From assembly GCF_009914755.1 (NCBI RefSeq), contig NC_060934.1: a stretch of DNA of 64,000 nucleotides; one strand, 5' to 3'. Numbering within the stretch: position 1 is the first letter of the stretch; each line of letters starts with the position of its first letter. Origin of the DNA: the human T2T-CHM13v2.0 reference genome, Homo sapiens. Under the pieces are notes generated by a model. That model saw only the letters and a list, made by a program, of their open reading frames with translations. It did not search any database and had not been told where the DNA came from. A program made the translations under genes and the position numbers. Of the stretch, positions 56,903-64,000 are shown in pieces.

Positions 56903-59819
56903 GTAAATAATAACCTAACAGATCTTTTAAGGCAATGTAGCCCACTGAAATACTCATGAGATAGGTGTTCAATTATTCTCTAATTCAATTTGGATAGCTT
57001 TACTCCAAACAAATCTAATAAGGTATAGATTTGTTATTTAGCATTTGAAGAGTTAAATAGAAGAGTTCATAAAATGGTATAGATTTGAAGAACAAAAATG
57101 GTTAAAGTAACAGCCACATAGTTTCAGCTGAAGGACCTACACATTTATTTCAGTCTACTGTTGAGAAAATTTTAGAAGATTACTTTTGATGCCTTAACCT
57201 TTAAATTGTCCCTTATTTTAAATTGCTATTACATGCTGTGCTCAGAATTCCACAGTCCAACTCTGGTTAGCAAATAAAATCATCCCCTATGAAATGGCCC
57301 CTTGAACTAAGTAAGTGTGTGCTGACCTACTTTGCTAAGATACAAGAAGAAGGGCTTGCTGGAGTGTATGTATTTTGCCTTTTTGTCCACTTTGGCTGGT
57401 AGACTTTAGGCTGTTAGAAGAGCCTTACTTAATGACATCTTTTGGTCTCCTCCACACTGTGTTTATTCAATAATGTTTAATACTTAGATTTCACAACATC
57501 TGAAATATATTTCTCTCAGTAGCTGCCCTATAACTTATGCAATTGATAGTTTCCCCCCTTTTCCCCACCTCTCCCAAAATGACCCATTCCATCGTAGTAG
57601 CCTCAGTGTTGTAGAAGAAAAGAGAGAATTTGGGGAGACAAAACAGATATGACACAATGACAATAAATCAGCCATGTCCACTGTATACCATGGACATGTT
57701 TATAGTTGTTCACTGAGGATATGAAATATAATACTGTTTTATACATTTCATGGAGAGTCCTGGCACCAGCAACATCAGCTAATTCTGCCTCCCCTTCCCC
57801 AAGCCTCCAATTGAGTCATTTTGTGACAGAATATATGTAAATATTTAGTGATCAAGAAATCTAAACAATCATTCATTATGGCAAAAAAAAAAAAACTAGA
57901 AAAAGAATCTAAAAGCTCTAGAGTAGAAATTGATTAAATATATTGTACAACAGAATACCAAGCCTCTGCCACAGACTGTACTGTATTTCCATATCTATAG
58001 TAATACATATTTATAGCTTTGTCACATAAACAGGTTACAAACAAAATGTATTACTTTTGTAAACACATATTACAAATATCCACAGGGAAAAAAGGGTTAA
58101 CTTCTTAACCCTTACCTCTGGGTAATAGAATTATGAAATAAATTTCTGCTTTACTTTTTTTTCAGTATTTTCTAATTTCTCTGATAAACATATATTACTT
58201 GCATTTAGAAGGGGAAAGGATTTTTTCCCCCAAACATACTCTATGTTTTTGAACATGTAGTCTGCTTTGTAAATTTAAAAATACGTGTTTCCTTCATTAG
58301 CTTTCTTAAAAAATATAAAATGAGCTTGCAGATTTCTCTAAATAATAGGAATCTTGGCTTTCTGTGTATAATTATGTTCCCAAATTCTTCATATTCCCAA
58401 GACATAATGGTCCAGGCGTACAAGCCAAACCACCAAAAAAGATGAAGCTGAAATCTGAATCCAAGTGCATAAAGCAACTCCAGTCTCAGATATTTCCCAT
58501 CATTCCAGAGGGAAAACAATAAGCTATTAGCTTTACAATTGTTCTATTATCTAGATTTCCTTCAATATCCATCCATCCAGGCTGCTGCAAAACAGCAAAG
58601 CCTTTAAAAAAAAACTCTGCAGGTTGTCATTACAATAAAAACTAATATAATAGCTCTACTGATAACTAATCACTATTGTTTTTCCCATGGGATTTCATTC
58701 TTAGTACTAATTACCAAAAACTCGGGAGATGATCTACTCCCACTCAACTGACTAACTGCCCCTCTGAGTCCGAACCAGCAGGACTATTTTAATATTTGCC
58801 TAGTTAATCTGTAGAACTTGGACACGGATTCACTCCAGCAGTACTCAAGAATGGAGGACCTAATCAATGTTTCCAAATTCCATTAGCTCTCACATGAGCT
58901 GATGCACACAGTACTGATCTCATCTGCCCTGAGAAGCCTGGGAAAGTCTAACACAGGCTATTTCTATCACACAACACTCACTTCCTTTCCCTTCTTCCTA
59001 TCTTTTTCAAAATGAGAGCTAAAATTCTTCTAATTTGCTCCTCATTTAGCTAGAATAAAAATATTGCATGTGCCCTGGAATCCATCATAAAAGTAAGTTA
59101 AAACTGTAAAAAGCCAGATGGCTTAGGAAAAGGGTGAGGCCGTGCTTTACTATCCTCTGCTTTTTAAGAATCTTTGATGCCATATTCTAAAGCATACCCA
59201 CAGTGCCCAGCTTACTAAAACTACCTCTATCTACTCACCTATAAAGTAAAAGTAATCCTGCATTCTTCTGGGGAGTAAGAAAGATCAGAAAACTGACATG
59301 GAATTTAGTAGGGGCATAGCAGCAGGGGATTTTGAAAGCATCTATGGGAGAAAAAGTTCTGATCCTTCTTTTCCTCCCTTTCCTACAGAAAATCCAACAG
59401 TGATCAGTCAAGAGCTGGCGATGGGGGTAGGAGTGGCAACTGCAGGTTGGGGAGGTGGCAGAGCCAGTGTCAGAACAGACGAACGAGGTCACCCTGCCCC
59501 ACCACTCCTTGATCCCTCCTCATCCCTGTCTCTCCTCATACCCCCAGGATTAAGCAAGCATAAACTAAAAAGGCTGCCCGAGGAAGTCATTCCATCAGGC
59601 TCTCAAGTTCACATACCCGTCAGAACCCAGGCACATTAAATCAACCTGGATCACAGAGAATATGCAGTCGTCAGGACTGTGGCAAACAGGATAGGGCAAG
59701 CCATACCTAGTGCAGTTAAAGTTCAATTTTTTAAGGGGCAAAAATAAACAAAAAACATGCAAGCTGAATCTGGCCCACGGGATTGCCCCTTGCAACTTCA
59801 CTTGCTCTCTCATTCATTA

Positions 59820-60310
59820 TATCTAATCATGAATTCCTGGAGATCCTATCTTGAAGGCTCTCTCAAACTGTTCCCTTTTCCCTATTCCCATTTGCTTCTG
59901 CTTTAGTTTCTGCCTCCAGCCTGGCTCAACTGCAACCCTCTGCCACACTACCATGAGATCTAGTTCATAATCTGATCTCTTCACTTGAGGCTTAAGCTCC
60001 CCACAGCTCTCAAGATGATGTTCAGATGCCTTGACTTAGCTCCAAGGCCTTCCATGACACGGCCTATTTATTTACCTGTATTTTTCAGCCTTGCCCTACA
60101 AGCTCTGGGCCTGTATCATATCCATACTCAAGTGTTCCAGTAGATTCCCACACAAACCAGTCATTTCATACCTTGCAAGTTGTTCCTTCTGCCTGGAATA
60201 TTCTTCCTACCTTATACCTTCCTTTGTCCTTTCATTTGCTTTGGAATCTCTAGAGCCTAATGCATAGTACACACTTAATAGATGTTTCCTGAATACCTAA
60301 TTAAATGAGA
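59820..60310 (+). mobile_element. L2 fragment
   Basis: tgttccttctgcctggaatattcttcc; tagagcctaatgcatagtacacacttaatagatgtttcctgaat end motif. Confidence 0.55.
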
Positions 60311-63181
60311 ATGCAAAGGAGATGACTTATGGTTCCAGAACATGGACCCAGTGATGCGTATCTCCTTTATATATCAAGCACATAAAAATCTACATAAAAT
60401 ATAACTGCTGACATTTTAATACCATAATCAGTTTCAAAATAAAGAAAAAGAATTTCTCATGTGTCAAAAGAAGAAAAATCTCAAATTCAGAGTAGAAAAG
60501 ATACAAGTTAACACTTATATCCCACAGGGATATCAGACTTGGACTCTAGCTGCTAGGGGTTGGGGACTTAAGATCCCAGCCAGGGCAGAGGACTGAAACT
60601 TAGACCTTGAATAAAGCAAGAATCTCTCTAAGACCAGAAAAACTGGATCCATGAAACTGACACACAATGATACAGAGTCCAGATTTATACTATCTGCGTA
60701 GTGTGAAATTTCCAAGCCAAGAAATTAAGGTAAATATAAAAGAAAAATAAATATAAATAGCTCCTTAAAGGCGCTTCAAAAAGCAATGGTTCATAGGACT
60801 CCCATGGAAAAAGTAATCTTTGCTGAGGATGAGCAAATAATTGAAAATTATGAATCACACAAGGAAATGATCCACCATGAGGGAGATTTGCCAGGTGTGA
60901 CAAACAGGAAGTTTACCAAACCATGAATTTGATCATATAAAACAGGTTTGAAGAGGCTATGAAATAAAGAATTGAAACCACAATGTAAAAACAAGACATG
61001 ATTTTTTTCTTAAAGATAGATGTGTTTAAAGAAGGTACGGAGAAACCCTAGGTTCTCTCCTCTGGCCTGTGACCCACTGATACTTCAGGAGGAAAGAAGA
61101 GAGAGCAACATGTTAAAAGCAGATCAAAAGAGGAAGTGAAATCAGCAAAAAAATAAAGTATATAAATATAAAGACAACTGACAAATTTTGTCAAGCCCCA
61201 AGGATCTCAACAATCTAGCACCCACATCTTTTTTGGGGGGTGAAAAGGGAAATAAAAAACTGAATCCAGTTAATTGAAAGATGAATCAGATTTCCAAAAA
61301 GGTATTTCACTGGACATATACATTCTATCTCACTGTCTCCAAAAACTCCTCTGAAATGGTAGTAAAAAGATTTTCTTTTTTAAAAAAAGGGACAAGAAAT
61401 CAAAACAGTCGAAGAGAACAGAAGAGAAGAGAACAGAAGAGGAGAAAACAGGGACACGATTTCGGAAGTTGGGAAGCACATGAATCAGTGGTGACGGATC
61501 TGGCAGGCCCAAAACAAGGAGCCCTAAGCCAGCAAAGGGGAAAGAAGCATTCTGATTTACATAACACTAAATATTTCCTCTAGCCTTAAAAGTATGAGGA
61601 ATTGGTGGCATCAAGTACCTTGGAAATGGTGTGAAAGTGGAGTTAAAAGACCACTTAATAAGTTTCTCTAGATTCTCACTTTGTACAGCTGAGCAACTGC
61701 CTCTTCCCCACACCATAGAATACTGAAGTTTATCCTCTGGAAAAGAGACATGGAGAGTTTCTAGAGTAGTGGACATTAAACACAGTTGAAAGCAGTGGTA
61801 TCTGACTAAAAACAAGGGACAAAGTGAAAGTTGCAAAAAGATTAAGTAGGATCTGCCCTTGCCTTTTACCTTCTTAGGCACCCAGAATAACTTGCAGGTT
61901 AATGATCAGATGAATTTTTTTCTAGAAATACCCAAGATTTTAAGAAAAAAGACTTAAGGATACTGATCATCTTACACTGAAACCATATAAACAAGCTCAC
62001 CTCATGCAAAGAGTTTCCAAACAGTTTTATTTGTGCCTACTTTAAAATATGAAAAAAAATCACCAGGTATCTGAAGAAACTCTCTAATAAATATAAAAGC
62101 CAGAGATGAAGATAAAAAACAAACAAACTAAAAGAACTTGGAAAACAGACTATGAAAAACTATTACTAACATTTTCAAAGACATAAGGTATCAAAAAAGA
62201 ACAAGATGGTACCACAAAAAGGAGAGAGAATTTTAAAAAGAGAGCTCCTGTAAATTCCTAGTCAATATGAACAATTCAATAGGAACAATAGAAAAAGTTG
62301 AAAAAAAATTTCAGATGTGAAACAAAATGAAAGATGGAAAATTGAGAGAAGAGAATAATAAAAAAGCAATCTAGAAGCCCAAGATCTGAATAGCAGGAGT
62401 TCAAGAAAATCCAAGAAAAAAACAAACAAAGATTTAGAAATATTTTAAATCTAAAAAGAGAAAATTTAAAAAAATTATCAGAACTAAAGGAGACATGAGT
62501 TGGCAGACTGAAAGTTCATCAAATGTCCAAAAACAATGGCTGAAAGTACACTTTCTGTTATTACCATTCCACACTAATTAATTTTTTTAAAAAGGATAAG
62601 AAGATCTTGAAGAATGCTCCAGCCCCATCCTGCTTTTCACTTTCTGGTTGTACTTCCCTCCATCTCACCCCAACCAGAAGGGCTAGTCTCCATCCTTGAC
62701 CTTCCTTATTAGGACTTTTGTCCCTAACCAGAAGAGCTACTGAGGACCTAAAGCACAAGGACAATGTTCCTGATATCCAAAAGTAGAGTTTTGATTGTAC
62801 TTCCAATCACAACCTTGTAATGGGCAATAGTGCCTCCTTAACACTAAAGAAGTGATGAGAACAATAACACCATAAACTTTACATACATGTTATGTAAAAT
62901 AATCGTTCCCTCCAGCTTTTCTAAGGCAATTCAGATTTCAAACATATTTTTCCCTTCTCTCATACACCATCAAAATGTCCTAGAGGATGCAATATTTCAG
63001 TTTCTAAATGACTTCTCTCTTAGCATGTTTCTGCTACCCAGTAGTAGTTACAAATTCTTGATCAGATATGTGCTGACGATTTTTACTCAGAAGCATGGCC
63101 ACTATAAATAACCTGAGGACTTTGGAAGGCTGACTGGGGCACCCAGTCACCACGCCTAACAAAGATAATCAAAAGCAACTA

Positions 63182-63478
63182 GGCTGAGCATGGTGGCTCA
63201 CACCTGTAATCCCAGCACTTTAGGAGGCCAAGGCAGGCAGATCACCTGAGGTCAGGAGCTCAAGACCAGCCTGGCCAACATGGCGAAACCCCATTTCTAC
63301 TAAAAATACAAAAATTAGCCAGGCATGGTGGAGCATGTAGTCCCAGCTACTCAGGACGTTGAGAATCTCTTGAACCCGGGAGGTGGAGATTGCAGTGAGC
63401 CGAGGTCGTGCTACTGCACTCCAGCCTGGGCGACGGAGTGAGACTCCATCTCACCAAAAAAAAAAAAAAAAAAAAAAA
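63182..63478 (+). mobile_element. AluSx-like
   Basis: gatcacctgaggtcaggag, ctggccaacatggcgaaacccc; TSD aaaagcaacta. Confidence 0.92.
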
Positions 63479-63613
63479 GCAACTAATTTAAAGTATGTTT
63501 TTGGTTTTTAAGTTGGAGACTTTCTAGTGTTGGTAACAAATTGATAGGCTGAAAGAAAAGAACACAATTTCTTGATTAATATAACATATTCTAAAAACTA
63601 ACTATACTGAAGT

Positions 63614-64000
63614 TTTTTTTAAAATTTTATTTTACTTTAAGTTACAAGATACACGTGCAGAGCATGCAGGTTTGTTACGTAAGTATACATGTGCCATGGT
63701 GGTCTGCGGTACCTATTAACCCATCATCTAGGTTTTAAGTACCACATGCATTTGTTATTTGTCCTAATGCTCTCTCTCCTCTTGCCCCCATACCCCCGAC
63801 AGGCCCCGCTGTGTGTTGTTCCCCTCCCTGTGTCCATGTGTTCTCCTTGTTCGACTCCCACTTATGAGTGAGAAGATGAGGTATTTGGTTTTCTGTTCCT
63901 GTGTTAGTTTGCTGAGGACGATTACTTCCAGCTTCATCCACGTCCCTGCAAAGACATGATCTAATTCCTTATTATGGCTGCATAGTATTCCATGGTATAT
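63614..64000 (-). mobile_element. L1PA (about PA7/8) 3' end, continues beyond the window
   Basis: tttactttaagtt...gcaggtttgttac...cccacttatgagtgagaa...tatggctgcatagtattccatgg. Confidence 0.92.

Noticed and set aside
61281-61583. 100-aa ORF with REQKR repeats
   Set aside because: A purine-rich 15-mer tandem duplication in A-rich, probably old L1-derived sequence; no coding evidence

Overview
Primate genomic DNA, almost certainly human (it carries an AluYb8 and an SVA). It holds the whole coding part of SGMS1 (sphingomyelin synthase 1) on the minus strand. Five coding exons (41691-42313, 25404-25521, 9448-9601, 6168-6334, 5328-5507) splice at GT-AG sites into a 1242-nt ORF: 413 aa with an N-terminal SAM domain, a multi-TM region and the CGDYLYSGHT and HYTVDV catalytic motifs. 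The first coding exon has a uORF-rich 5' part, and a ~1.55-kb 3'UTR follows. The promoter and upstream non-coding exons are not recognisable here. The introns are mostly transposon-derived: about a dozen Alus, a twin-primed inverted L1, a complete THE1A LTR element, a 5'-truncated L1PA carrying a nested SVA with a 3' transduction, Tigger4a, MLT1, and old L1M/L2/MIR fragments. I see no evidence of a wholly new biological system. The best leads are an alternative Cys-rich C-terminus from the last intron, a possible protein-coding circle of the first coding exon, the uORF/CUG architecture, the traceable SVA transduction and an A..B..A'B' duplication. Repeat subfamily calls are from memory of consensus diagnostics, and old-repeat boundaries are approximate.
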